A stretch of 64,000 nt of DNA from Promethearchaeia archaeon (GCA_029856105.1 JAHQWH010000015.1:1-64000); one strand, 5' to 3'. Shown: positions 38,229 to 48,657, numbered from the stretch's first letter. Made by a program: numbers and translations. Notes: generated from the letters alone by a model not told the origin.

Positions 38229-39755
38229 CTAACTTCTATCTGATGATATAGCTCTTTCCATTTCTATTATTTTATTTACAGATTTTAGTGGATATTCCCC
38301 CGTTAGACATGCCATACACAACTGGTTTTTACTTTTTCCGATCGCACTAACAAGATCATCAATAGTTTGATATCGTAGAGAATCAGCACCAATTTTCTTT
38401 CTAATCTCTTCGACATAGTTTTCCACTCCATAAAGATTTTTGAAGCGTCCTGCGATTAATTCTGAGGTTGTAGGAAAGTCAATACCCATGTAACATGGTC
38501 TTATTACAGGAGGACAACTAATTCTTACGTTAACAGAAATCGCACCAGCTTCTCTAATCAAGTTAATAATCTTTTTTGTAGTTGTTCCTCTTACGATCGA
38601 ATCATCTAGTATGATTACATTCTTACCATTGATAAAAGCTTTAATTGGGTTTAATTTTTCTTTTACAGCCGCTTCCCTATTTTTTTGTCCAGGCATTATG
38701 AAAGTGCGCCATCCCACATATCGATTCTTCATTAAGCCCTCTACATAAGGTAATTGCGCTTCTTGTGCGTAACCTACAGCAACACTTCTCCCCGAATCAG
38801 GTACTGGAACCACGATTGTGTTTTTTTTTAATTGAAGGTCATCCAATAAGGGATCATTTTTAGCCAAATTTATCCCTAATTGCAACCTTGTCTGAGCAAC
38901 GGAAACTCCATCAATAATTGAATCAGGGCGAGCAAAATATACGAATTCAAACTGACATAGAGCTGTTCTTTCACTTTTCAACACCATTTCTGAATGTATG
39001 CCTTTTTGATGGCTTAAATGAACGATCTCTCCGGGTTCTACATCTCTAATAAGTTTTCCACCTAAAACATCAATACCGCAAGATTCAGAGGAAACAATGT
39101 AATGGTGTCTTTCTTCAGTTTTTAATTCGCCTATACACAAGGGTTTAAATCCCAAAGGATCTCTAATAGCGTAAATATCTCCTTCAGTTGTTAATATTAA
39201 AAGCGAATAAGATCCGTCTAAAGAACTACTTGCAGTCTTCAGAATGTTGGGCCAACCTTCATTTCTTAAAGCAATAGATGCTATCAATTGAGCTATTACT
39301 TCAGTATCTGTATTTGTGATAAAAATTCTTCCTTTATCTTCTAAGCTTTGTTTTATTTCTGCATAATTAGGTATAGTTCCATTAAAGGCTAAGGAAAATT
39401 CGATTTCATTGCTTTTGAAGTGAAATGGTTGCATGTAATCAGGAGATTCAAAGTCTTGAGCTCCAGTTGTAGCGTACCTATTATGGCCAATTCCAACATT
39501 GCCCCAGAACTTGGACAAAACTTTATCGTTTAACACATTGGAAACTAATCCTTTTTTCTTATAAGTAAAAATTCCTCTACCCGTTTTAAGAATAGAAATC
39601 CCCGTGGATTCTTGACCGCGATGTTGCTGAGAAATTAAACCGCTATATAACAATTTAGAAACAGAGTAGGCAGTATCTTTGCAAGCTATACCAAAAACCG
39701 CACATTGTTCTAAAGGTTTATCTCTCTTAAGACTGGTTTTATGCTTTAGAGCCAT
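38229..39755 (-). CDS. purF: Amidophosphoribosyltransferase (propeptide, [4Fe-4S] type)
   Basis: EQ-CAVFG (Cys18), QHRGQE, GHNRYAT, VPDSG, DDSIVRGTT and CMACLTG motifs. Confidence 0.95.
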   Translation of the reverse strand: MALKHKTSLKRDKPLEQCAVFGIACKDTAYSVSKLLYSGLISQQHRGQESTGISILKTGRGIFTYKKKGLVSNVLNDKVLSKFWGNVGIGHNRYATTGAQDFESPDYMQPFHFKSNEIEFSLAFNGTIPNYAEIKQSLEDKGRIFITNTDTEVIAQLIASIALRNEGWPNILKTASSSLDGSYSLLILTTEGDIYAIRDPLGFKPLCIGELKTEERHHYIVSSESCGIDVLGGKLIRDVEPGEIVHLSHQKGIHSEMVLKSERTALCQFEFVYFARPDSIIDGVSVAQTRLQLGINLAKNDPLLDDLQLKKNTIVVPVPDSGRSVAVGYAQEAQLPYVEGLMKNRYVGWRTFIMPGQKNREAAVKEKLNPIKAFINGKNVIILDDSIVRGTTTKKIINLIREAGAISVNVRISCPPVIRPCYMGIDFPTTSELIAGRFKNLYGVENYVEEIRKKIGADSLRYQTIDDLVSAIGKSKNQLCMACLTGEYPLKSVNKIIEMERAISSDRS

Positions 39756-39881
39756 ATTATTACTTTAATGAAGAATAAGGTTTTTAAAATCTACAATAAC
39801 TACAACTAATTTAAATGATTTATAATTTTTAATAATTGGTTTAATACAATATAAACAAAGTTTAAAGAAAGTTGGTAAAAA

Positions 39882-40553
39882 ATTAACGATAAAGATAAAT
39901 ACCTTGCTTTTGTTATCTTAATTGGCGGAAAAAGCTCTCGGTTCGGTTCAGATAAAGGACTCTTTAAATTTCGAGGAAAGGCTTTAATTGATTACCAACT
40001 AGAAACCCTCTCTCGCTTTAAATACGATATTTTTCTCGTTGCTAATTCAAAGCAACAAGTCCAAAATTACATCACTAATATTGATTTTAAAAAGGTAACG
40101 GGTTTTATTATTGACGATTATGACTTTATTCAAGATCAAGAATCGCGATTACCTCTGATTGGATTATATTCTGCCTTTAAAGAATTAAAAAACTTAGAAT
40201 ATGAAAAGATGTTCGTTCTTCCATGTGACACCCCTCTAATTAAACATGAACTAATAGATTTATTAATAACACAATGTAAAAAATTTGATTGTTGTATTCC
40301 AAAATGGAAAGAGAGTTATTTAGAACCATTATTTGCTATTTATCACGTTAATAAAGCCTACGAAACCTCGTTAAGAAATTTGCGACAAAAAGATTATAAA
40401 TTGACGAATATTATCGACCAAGATTGGAAAACAAACTACATCTCAATTGAACAAGACGTTAAAAAATTAGATCCTAACCTTTTGTCCTTTAAAAATATTA
40501 ACAAACTTGAAGATATTAAAATATTAGAGTCTATCTTAAACAAAACTCAATAA
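39882..40553 (+). CDS. mobA: Molybdenum cofactor guanylyltransferase MobA; probable ATT start
   Basis: Upstream in-frame ILIGGKSSRFGSDKG, then PLIGLYS, LPCDTP, EPLFAIY and NINKLED. In-frame stop at 39876, and the first canonical start (40209) would omit the nucleotide-binding loop. Confidence 0.85.
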   Translation: MNDKDKYLAFVILIGGKSSRFGSDKGLFKFRGKALIDYQLETLSRFKYDIFLVANSKQQVQNYITNIDFKKVTGFIIDDYDFIQDQESRLPLIGLYSAFKELKNLEYEKMFVLPCDTPLIKHELIDLLITQCKKFDCCIPKWKESYLEPLFAIYHVNKAYETSLRNLRQKDYKLTNIIDQDWKTNYISIEQDVKKLDPNLLSFKNINKLEDIKILESILNKTQ

Positions 40554-40580
40554 AAAAAAAAGAGTAGATTTTATTATTTC

Positions 40581-41060
40581 TTAATCTCGTGGCATAATTG
40601 AACCGATTAGTCCTAAAACGCCTCCACCAACTAGGAAATAAGTTCCTAAACCTAAAGTGCCAATATCTACAAGAATTGGATAAAAACCTCCGAAATGCTC
40701 ACCTGTGGTGAGAAGCATAAAAACGAAGGTCATCATACCTAAGATCTCTGTGTAAACGAATAACAAGAACATTACTCCAATAGCCAGTGGAACAAGCGAA
40801 AAGATAAGGCCAACAATTTTAACTTTTAAACCAACCAATTGTAGTACTCCGGAAACAAGCCAAACTATAAAAAGAACCAACATAAAGTAGAAAGCTAATG
40901 CATCAGCGCCAGGATCCACTCCAATTATATCAGGAAGATTCATAGCGAATCCTATACCAGAGCCTACATAACCAGGGGCAACTAAGAAAACAGCAAATAC
41001 ATAAGTTCCCAAGATAGTTAGGAGCGCTCCTAATATTAGTAAAATTTTACCTACTGCCAA
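40581..41060 (-). CDS. Multi-TM membrane protein
   Basis: Highly hydrophobic 159 aa; GTGA upstream of a TTG start. Confidence 0.75.
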   Translation of the reverse strand: MAVGKILLILGALLTILGTYVFAVFLVAPGYVGSGIGFAMNLPDIIGVDPGADALAFYFMLVLFIVWLVSGVLQLVGLKVKIVGLIFSLVPLAIGVMFLLFVYTEILGMMTFVFMLLTTGEHFGGFYPILVDIGTLGLGTYFLVGGGVLGLIGSIMPRD

Positions 41061-41433
41061 ATTTTATCACTAAAAGTTATTTTTTATTTTTTGTAAAAGA
41101 AGTTCGTTAATTTATATTTATATCTTTTCACTCTTAAAAAAATTTAGTATGTGAATGACTTTTTAGTCCAGTTTTTAAGTTTTTTATTAAATTCTATTTC
41201 CATTTATTTAAAATCATAGATGCATCCTAATTTTTGGCTTATGAATTCAAAATTCACATCTTATTTTTAATTAAAACGATCTTTTAATACCGATAATCCA
41301 ATTCTCATATTAACTTAAATTAAATAATAAATCTTTATAAAAATCATAGATTTTTAATACTAATATTACAATTTCAATTTATTTATCAATTTAAGATTAA
41401 TCAAAACTTAACTTATAACTTAGGAAATTTACG

Positions 41434-43155
41434 ATGAGCGATTTAATAATAAAAAATGGCTTAGTTTACGACCCTTTGAACGATATCGACGGCGAGAAGA
41501 AGGATATCTACGTCAAAGATGGCGTGGTTGTTAATAAAGTTAATGGAGACGCCAAAGTTATCGATGCCACGGGCATGATAATTATGCCGGGAGGAGTTGA
41601 TATTCATTCACACATCGCCGGGGCAAAAGTTAATGCTGGACGAACATTACGACCGGAAGATAAAGTGCCAGAAAGTAACGAGAAAAAAACTAAAATAAGG
41701 CGATCTGGCACAGGATTTAGCGTACCAAGTACATGGGCTACGGGTTATAGATACGCCACGTTAGGATATACGACCGTATGTGAACCTGCTATGCCTTTAT
41801 TGGAAGCTCGACATACTCACGAAGAGTTTTTAGAAACTCCTATTATCGATAAACTCGCAATGCCAATCCTTGGAAATAACTGGTATGTCCTCAAATTTGT
41901 AAGGGAGAAAGATATCGAAAAGTTAGCAGCGTACGTAAACTGGATTATGAAAGTTACGAAAGGTTATGCGATTAAAATAGTCAATCCAGGAGGTGTAGAA
42001 AATTGGGCTTGGGGTAAGAATTGCGATAGCGTAGACTCTCCAGTTTTGCATTGGGATGTTACACCAAGGCATATTGTCGAAAGTTTAGCAAAAGCAAACG
42101 AATTATTAGGATTACCACATTCAATTCATGTCCATTGTAATAATTTAGGTCACCCTGGAAATTACGAGCATTCAATAGAAACCTTTAAAATTTGCGAAGG
42201 AATCGAACCCTATGGTGAAAGAGAAAGATCACTTCATGTTACCCACTGCCAATTCAATGCGTATGCCGGCACAAATTGGGGTGATTTTGAATCAGGAGCA
42301 TCCCAAATAGCAGAGTATGTCAATTCGCACAAACACATGTCTTTGGATGCCGGCCAAGTTGTTTTTACAAAATACGCTACGACAACGATGACGGGCGACG
42401 GTCCTTGGGAACACGCTCTCCACCATCTCGGAGGGATGAGTCCTTGGGGCGCAAAACCAGGTATGAAATGGATAAACGGTCAAGTCGAAGGGGAGTCAGG
42501 ATCGGGAGTAGTACCCTATTTCTTCTCTCCGAAAACGGGAGTAAACGCCGTCCAATGGGCAATTGCCCTCGAGTTAATGCTCTTAATCAAAGATCCTTGG
42601 CAGATTAGCCACACGACAGACCATCCCAACGGAGCGCCATTTACGACTTATCCTATTGTATTCAAATGGTTAATGGATCGCAAATCCCGAAAAGATATGC
42701 TAGAGAATGTTGTCTCAAAGAAAGCAAGTACAGCGTCAACGCTTCCAGATTTAGACCGAGAATACACTCTAAATGAGTTGTGCATCGTCACGAGAGCAGG
42801 AAACGCAAAAACCTTAGGGTTAAAAGATCGAGGTCATCTTGGCGTTGGTGCAATCGGTGATGTGGCGATTTATAAATTAGATCCTGAAAAGATGGATGGA
42901 CATTCAATTGAGAAAGCGTTTTCGAGAGCAGCGTATACGATAAAAGAAGGTCAAATAGTGGTAAAAAACGGAGAAATCATGGCAACACCTATGGGAACAT
43001 TAATTCGCGCTGAAGGGAAAATTAAGGAAAGCGTTCACGAAGATATGATGGAAGACGTGAAAGCTTCTTGGCGGGACCACTACAGCATTAATTTTAACAA
43101 TTACGCGGTACAAGACGCGTACGCTCCTAAAGAAAAGATTATTAATGGAGCTTAA
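41434..43155 (+). CDS. fwdA: Formylmethanofuran dehydrogenase subunit A (amidohydrolase)
   Basis: GGVDIHSH, KIVNPGG, HVHCNNLG, THCQF and TTDHPNG motifs. Confidence 0.95.
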   Translation: MSDLIIKNGLVYDPLNDIDGEKKDIYVKDGVVVNKVNGDAKVIDATGMIIMPGGVDIHSHIAGAKVNAGRTLRPEDKVPESNEKKTKIRRSGTGFSVPSTWATGYRYATLGYTTVCEPAMPLLEARHTHEEFLETPIIDKLAMPILGNNWYVLKFVREKDIEKLAAYVNWIMKVTKGYAIKIVNPGGVENWAWGKNCDSVDSPVLHWDVTPRHIVESLAKANELLGLPHSIHVHCNNLGHPGNYEHSIETFKICEGIEPYGERERSLHVTHCQFNAYAGTNWGDFESGASQIAEYVNSHKHMSLDAGQVVFTKYATTTMTGDGPWEHALHHLGGMSPWGAKPGMKWINGQVEGESGSGVVPYFFSPKTGVNAVQWAIALELMLLIKDPWQISHTTDHPNGAPFTTYPIVFKWLMDRKSRKDMLENVVSKKASTASTLPDLDREYTLNELCIVTRAGNAKTLGLKDRGHLGVGAIGDVAIYKLDPEKMDGHSIEKAFSRAAYTIKEGQIVVKNGEIMATPMGTLIRAEGKIKESVHEDMMEDVKASWRDHYSINFNNYAVQDAYAPKEKIINGA

Positions 43156-43278
43156 ACTAACTTCTTTTTTATCTTTTAATATTCAAGATAAGTCATAAAT
43201 AGATTTATATTTCATAATAAACAAAGAATCTTACTTCATGTTATTATTTTTTCTTTAAAGGGGGTAACTCAAGTAAGT

Positions 43279-43932
43279 ATGGATAATTTAGACGATTATG
43301 TCTTAAGTGTTCAGAATTATAAAGAAGGGAATTATGAATACGAGACTATAACTTCAATATTGGATGTTATAAAAGCTATAGAAAGCGGAAAGAAATTCGT
43401 TTTCCTTGAGGTTGGTGCTATATCATTAATTATAGTTGGATTCGTCTTTTTTATTTTAGTATTGATACTAACAACAATTTTTTATTATTTTATGTATATA
43501 TCTCTGGGTTTTATTCTATTTACTTTCTTTTTTTTTCTTCTACTTTTCGGAATTTTTGCTATTCCAATTCTTAAAATATTTATAATTCCAGGGTTTCTGA
43601 TGTTACGCACCCCCTTTATAGTTTTAGGCGCAGAAGGAATTGTATATAAATTGAAGACTGGTGGTATTAAAGGATTTAATTGGGAAGAGATTAGTATGGA
43701 TGTTGTTGAGGAAACATCGGACCTGAAGTTAAATTCTATGAGTTCATTTCAAATTTACTTCTCAATGCCAAATAGTGATTTTTTCAATTTTGGTGCAGGG
43801 GACTATTCATTGAAAGAATTTCCAGATATAAAGCAAATTGGATGCGGTAAAGCTAAAGCTCTATTTTTATTTACATTTGTGAATTATTATAATTATGGAA
43901 AAAAGGGATCGTTTGAAGCACAAAATTTTTAA
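43279..43932 (+). CDS. Two-TM membrane protein with C-terminal PH-like beta region
   Basis: Two TM helices, then FIVLGAEGIVYK...FNWEEI; paralog of the next gene. Confidence 0.75.
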   Translation: MDNLDDYVLSVQNYKEGNYEYETITSILDVIKAIESGKKFVFLEVGAISLIIVGFVFFILVLILTTIFYYFMYISLGFILFTFFFFLLLFGIFAIPILKIFIIPGFLMLRTPFIVLGAEGIVYKLKTGGIKGFNWEEISMDVVEETSDLKLNSMSSFQIYFSMPNSDFFNFGAGDYSLKEFPDIKQIGCGKAKALFLFTFVNYYNYGKKGSFEAQNF

Positions 43933-43953
43933 ATTAATAGAGTTGTAAAAAAT

Positions 43954-44580
43954 ATGGTAAATAGTAATTCTTTAGATGAATTTAAAGAGGTATATTACAA
44001 ATATAAAAAAGGAAAATATACTTTTGGTAAATATGGGACAGGAGACCAAATTCAAAAGGCGTTCTTGGATGGAAAAATCTTTGTGTTAAGGGGAAGTGAT
44101 AAGATTTCTATCATTTGTATACTTATTATGTTAATTCTAGTTGTATCTTCGACTTTATACGTCGGTTTAGATGATGAATATATTATAATCGTTTTAACAT
44201 CACACGTAATCTCATCTTCTATTGTTGGTATTAGTGTAATTTTTATTCATATTATTTTAAAAAGGAGATTTATCGTTATAGGTCCTTCAGGAGTCTATTA
44301 TCGGAAAATCATTAAAACAGGCTACTTTCAATGGAGAGATGTGACCATTGCTGAAGGAACTATCCATACTACAAGAGGAGGAGGATATATGAGACCACCA
44401 ATGACAACCACCCAAATAACAATCATCTTGCCTAATGAAGAAAAAATTCGTTTCGAGTCAGGACCTTACGGAAACAAAGAATTTGTGAGAAAAGTCAAAC
44501 GAGTAATGTTTTTACGCCTTTTTCAAATTTATTCTAAGCTTGCAAAGGATACTATTGAAGCAAGGAGGACACAATATTAG
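43954..44580 (+). CDS. Two-TM membrane protein, paralog of 43279..43932
   Basis: YKKGKY...GKIFVL, two TM helices, FIVIGPSGVYYR...FQWRDV. Confidence 0.75.
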   Translation: MVNSNSLDEFKEVYYKYKKGKYTFGKYGTGDQIQKAFLDGKIFVLRGSDKISIICILIMLILVVSSTLYVGLDDEYIIIVLTSHVISSSIVGISVIFIHIILKRRFIVIGPSGVYYRKIIKTGYFQWRDVTIAEGTIHTTRGGGYMRPPMTTTQITIILPNEEKIRFESGPYGNKEFVRKVKRVMFLRLFQIYSKLAKDTIEARRTQY

Positions 44581-44675
44581 ATTTCAAAACAAGCAACTGA
44601 TATTTTTGAACTATTTTTTTCCATACATTTTTATGAAGTGTTTATATATAACTAAAGCAATACTATATAATAGAA

Positions 44676-45365
44676 ATGTATAAAAAGACAGAACCAAGAG
44701 ATTATATCTGGGTAATTCCGTTAGTGGCGGGGGTTTTTGCAATAATTGCAATTTTATCCCCAACAGCTAATTTTAGTTATGAGGGTGTAACTTGGGCTTG
44801 GTGGATGTGGGACTTTACGACGATGGGTGTAGTGGGTTATGAGTCCATTAATTTATTCATTTCTGAGGTGGATTTTATTATACCTTCGATAATTGCTACT
44901 AGCGTTGTATTGCTTAGTGCGGTTAATTTATTGATACTTTCTATTAAAACAAGAAGGAGAAACTTAAGTATCAAGGGTTTTGAAGTAATGTCAATTATCA
45001 GCGCTGTTTTATCGATTGGTATAATGATCTATTACATTATTGCTATGGATATCGCATTTTACGATGGATTAACAATAGAAGGTACCATATTTCCAACAGG
45101 GTATCATTTTTGGGAAGTATTTAACCCAGGTTTTGGTATTATTTTGCCTTTTTTGAGTGCAATTTTATCTTTTGTAGGAGTTGGGGTATTTCGATATTAT
45201 TTAAAACGAAAAGAGGATATTATTCCACTTAAAACTGATACTATTAAAGAATATTTTCCAGTATCAAAAACAATAGGAAGTCTAAACTATTGTCCTGAAT
45301 GTGGATTTAAAATTCTACAGAATTTTGACGCGAAATTTTGCACTAATTGTGGCTTTAAATTTTGA
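44676..45365 (+). CDS. Four-TM membrane protein with C-terminal zinc ribbon
   Basis: Hydrophobic helices; YCPECG...FCTNCG. Confidence 0.82.
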   Translation: MYKKTEPRDYIWVIPLVAGVFAIIAILSPTANFSYEGVTWAWWMWDFTTMGVVGYESINLFISEVDFIIPSIIATSVVLLSAVNLLILSIKTRRRNLSIKGFEVMSIISAVLSIGIMIYYIIAMDIAFYDGLTIEGTIFPTGYHFWEVFNPGFGIILPFLSAILSFVGVGVFRYYLKRKEDIIPLKTDTIKEYFPVSKTIGSLNYCPECGFKILQNFDAKFCTNCGFKF

Positions 45366-45537
45366 AATTCTATATCCAAAAATATTATCTTACACTATAA
45401 TCTTTACATCTAATAACTTAAAAAACTAAATAAGAGAAAAGATTTAAATAACAAAAAATTAATAGTTATGGTAAAGTAAGACAAAAGTAGGACACAACTT
45501 TTGAATCAAAATTTAAATAGTACGAATTAAATAAAAA

Positions 45538-45680
45538 AAATAAAATAGGGAAATAAAACCATGACTCCTGCACCGCCCTGGATTTTTGTCTTTTGGTAGT
45601 GCGTAAAGCACTCATCTAATACTCCCCCTATTTTATTTCTGACCTTCTTATTAGGTCTTGGTCGCAGGAGTCTCCCTTTT
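45538..45680. ncRNA. Candidate structured RNA / leader element (GC-rich intergenic island)
   Basis: GACTCCTGC/GCAGGAGTC (45563-71 with 45664-72), AAATAAAATAGGG/CCCTATTTTATTT (45538-50 with 45626-38), and small hairpins AGTGC/GCACT and GACCT/AGGTC. Confidence 0.45.
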
Positions 45681-45919
45681 CACATTGAAACTTCTTAAAG
45701 TCATTCTTTTTTAGATTTTAATTCAGAACTTTTTGATCTCGATCAATTATCAGAAAACACTTTTTAACTATTTTAACGCTTAATCTTAAAGAGATATAAA
45801 GATTTATTAGACAAATATTAAGAATTTGTGCTAAAATTTATATTATAAAGGCTCTTTTTTAAGCAATAAAGCTATTTCGAAAATATAATTTCATAATTAT
45901 TGAATAAACGTCAAGTTCA

Positions 45920-46324
45920 ATGAAAGGGTTAAAGAAAAGGCGGGAGTTTAAAACTTCGCTTGAAGACTTGTTAAAAGATATTATGGATAATATTGAAGGT
46001 GTGAAAGCAGCGCAACTAACTGCAGATACTGGTCAACCACTCGCCTCTATACTACCAACAAGTGCAGATGACATGCGATTAGCAGCCATGACTGCGGCAC
46101 ATTGTTCATTGAGTGAACGTGCTATTGGAGAAATGGGTCTTGGCGAATTTGAACAATCGTACATAAAAGGAAGTAAGGGATACATATTGATTTTACATGC
46201 CGGGGAAGATAAAGTTTTAAGTGTATCTACTACAAAAGACGTTAAACTCGCGCCAATCCTATACAAGCATTACAAACAACTAGAAGATGGCGACGAAATA
46301 GTAAGTAGTACGCCCCCTGTTTAA
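45920..46324 (+). CDS. Roadblock/LC7 (MglB-like) domain protein
   Basis: IEGVKAAQLTADTGQPLAS...RLAAMTAA...LGEFEQSYIKGSKGYILI pattern. Confidence 0.9.
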   Translation: MKGLKKRREFKTSLEDLLKDIMDNIEGVKAAQLTADTGQPLASILPTSADDMRLAAMTAAHCSLSERAIGEMGLGEFEQSYIKGSKGYILILHAGEDKVLSVSTTKDVKLAPILYKHYKQLEDGDEIVSSTPPV

Positions 46325-46342
46325 CGCCAATATTTCGTATAG

Positions 46343-47137
46343 TTAGGTCCTTAACCCTAATTCTTCTGGTGTTAAGTTATGAAATTTTTCATATCCAGGT
46401 AGAGTCATTCTTGTAAAAAATAGATATTTTAAATTATCCAAAAAATTATGCTTCTTTGGAAATTCGGAGTATCCCTCGTTAAATATTTGCTCCCGAAAAT
46501 TTTCTGTGAAGTGGCCTGTACTAAAAAATCTCCTTAAGAAAAGGAGTTTTCGAAAGATTCCTATTAATTTAGCACTGAATGGAGTTACTTGGCTTCTATG
46601 TTGAGACAATGCTTCAACGACGATTTGGATATCTTTCCATCTGCATTTTAATTTGAAATTGGGTTTGAAAGAGTAGTAATAAAAAACGCGTGTAGGTAAC
46701 TCGTTTTTGTTTAGTTTCTTAAGAGCAAAGAAAGGCAATCTACCAGCGTTTATGTGATCTGGATGATAATCAAGAGCATACCAAGGGTCTGGTGCAAATA
46801 AAATATCAGGTTTTTCAGTACGAATTATGTCAACAACTTTATTCAATGCCGATTTATTTATTGGAAGGTAACCATCGATATATCCTACTTTTAAAACTCG
46901 AACATGGTTTTTAGTGTATTTAGCGTACACATTATTTGCGTTTTCTAATTCTCTAGTTCGAATTCTTTTTAATCGAGCCCCCTTGAATTCTATGCGATGC
47001 GTTCCAAATTCACAATTAGTCATCAACACTTCTACAACTTCATTTCCTAACCTTAACGATTCTAGAAATGTAAACGGCACGCCAAATTCGATGTCGTCGA
47101 TATGTGGAGTAAAAAATAGAATTTTAAATCGCTTCAT
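46343..47137 (-). CDS. PIG-L/LmbE-family deacetylase
   Basis: PHIDD, R..E, HPDH and HRSQ motifs. Confidence 0.88.
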   Translation of the reverse strand: MKRFKILFFTPHIDDIEFGVPFTFLESLRLGNEVVEVLMTNCEFGTHRIEFKGARLKRIRTRELENANNVYAKYTKNHVRVLKVGYIDGYLPINKSALNKVVDIIRTEKPDILFAPDPWYALDYHPDHINAGRLPFFALKKLNKNELPTRVFYYYSFKPNFKLKCRWKDIQIVVEALSQHRSQVTPFSAKLIGIFRKLLFLRRFFSTGHFTENFREQIFNEGYSEFPKKHNFLDNLKYLFFTRMTLPGYEKFHNLTPEELGLRT

Positions 47138-47161
47138 ATTCTTAAAAAAAATAAATTATAA

Positions 47162-48604
47162 TTATAACTTTTTATCTTCGATATCGATACCTAGTTCTCT
47201 TAACCGTTCGCGTATTACATCGCTTAGGTCGTAGAGTTTTTTATCTCTTAACTTAGCGCGTATTTCGATTATTAAATTAACGAGACTTTTGATGAGTTTA
47301 TCTTTCTCATCCATGCTTTTAAACGAGAAAGGTGTCATTTTAGCGTTTAAAGATGGAAAAATTCCGAAAATCTTTTCATTAAATTCTATAAATTTGAAAA
47401 ATCGATCCTTAAATTCTTGGTTTATTTTCAAGCCATCTTGTAGTATAGCTTTGTTAATTTCTCTAAATAACGTCAATAACTCTGCCAAGGCTACAGGAGT
47501 GTCAAAATCGTCTTCCATAGCGTCAATAATTTTGTTTTCTGCATTTTCGATTTTTGCAATTAACTCGTTAAGTTGCTTTGATTTCGATTCAGCAAATTCA
47601 GCATCGTTCACTTTTTTAATCGTGTTTATTAATCGGTTATAAGTATTTTTAGCTTGCTCCATGCTTTCAATAGTATAATTATTTGAACTTCGATAATGAC
47701 TCGATATCAAATACCAACGAATAACCATTGGGTCATATTGCTTGGCAATATCTGCTACTGTGAAAATGTTTCCGAGACTTTTAGACATTTTTTCATCTTT
47801 TACATTAACATAACCGTTATGAAGGAAATAATTCGCAATTTTTTTACCAGTGTAAGACTCAGACTGCGCGATTTCGTTCCTGTGGTGTGGAAATTTCAAG
47901 TCTTGACCGCCCCCGTGTATGTCAATTGTTTCTCCTAAAAAGTTCAAGATCATAGCAGAACATTCAATGTGCCATCCAGGACGCCCCTCACCCCAGGGGC
48001 TTTCCCAAAAAGGCTCTCCTTCTTTCATCTTTTTCCACAACGCAAAATCTCGACTATCTAACTTATCTTCTCCAAATGCAGTATCTTGATCCACTACATA
48101 ATCTTCTTCTTCGCTTTCCTTTCCTTCATCTTTACTCTTTTGAAGAATAGAACTATATCCAGGAAACGATTTAACTGAGAAGTATACGGACCCATTTTTC
48201 TCGTAAGCGTGTCCCTTAGAAATTAATTCTTTAATAAAATTAATTATAAAATCTATTACTTCGGTTGCGCGTGGATTTCGCGTATCATGCTCGACATTGA
48301 GCATTTCCATGATTTCCTCATATTCAGCGATATAATGATCGCTTAAAGTCCTGAAATCGATGTTTCTCTCTTTAGAACTCTTAATTATTTTATCGTCAAT
48401 ATCAGTATAATTTTTTACTATATTAACTTTATAGCCCTTAAACTTTAAATACCTGTGAATTAAATCAAAAGCGACTGCGGACTTTGCGTGACCAAGGTGA
48501 GGCGAACCATATACTGTAACGCCACAAACATACATCTTGACTTTTCCGGGTTCGATTGGCTTAAATTCTTCCTTTTTAAACGTTAAGCTATTATAAACTT
48601 TCAT
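47162..48604 (-). CDS. cysS: Cysteine--tRNA ligase
   Basis: CGVTVY..HLGH, DFALWK, GRPGWHIECS, FPHHRNE and KMSKS motifs. Confidence 0.97.
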   Translation of the reverse strand: MKVYNSLTFKKEEFKPIEPGKVKMYVCGVTVYGSPHLGHAKSAVAFDLIHRYLKFKGYKVNIVKNYTDIDDKIIKSSKERNIDFRTLSDHYIAEYEEIMEMLNVEHDTRNPRATEVIDFIINFIKELISKGHAYEKNGSVYFSVKSFPGYSSILQKSKDEGKESEEEDYVVDQDTAFGEDKLDSRDFALWKKMKEGEPFWESPWGEGRPGWHIECSAMILNFLGETIDIHGGGQDLKFPHHRNEIAQSESYTGKKIANYFLHNGYVNVKDEKMSKSLGNIFTVADIAKQYDPMVIRWYLISSHYRSSNNYTIESMEQAKNTYNRLINTIKKVNDAEFAESKSKQLNELIAKIENAENKIIDAMEDDFDTPVALAELLTLFREINKAILQDGLKINQEFKDRFFKFIEFNEKIFGIFPSLNAKMTPFSFKSMDEKDKLIKSLVNLIIEIRAKLRDKKLYDLSDVIRERLRELGIDIEDKKL

Positions 48605-48657
48605 GATAATTTTTACACCTTAAAAGAGCGTACTATTAGCGATAAGATGGGTATAAG

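Noticed and set aside
45538-45680. Hammerhead ribozyme, SRP RNA or tRNA
   Set aside because: No CUGANGA/GAAA core, no SRP helix-8 motif and no cloverleaf on either strand.
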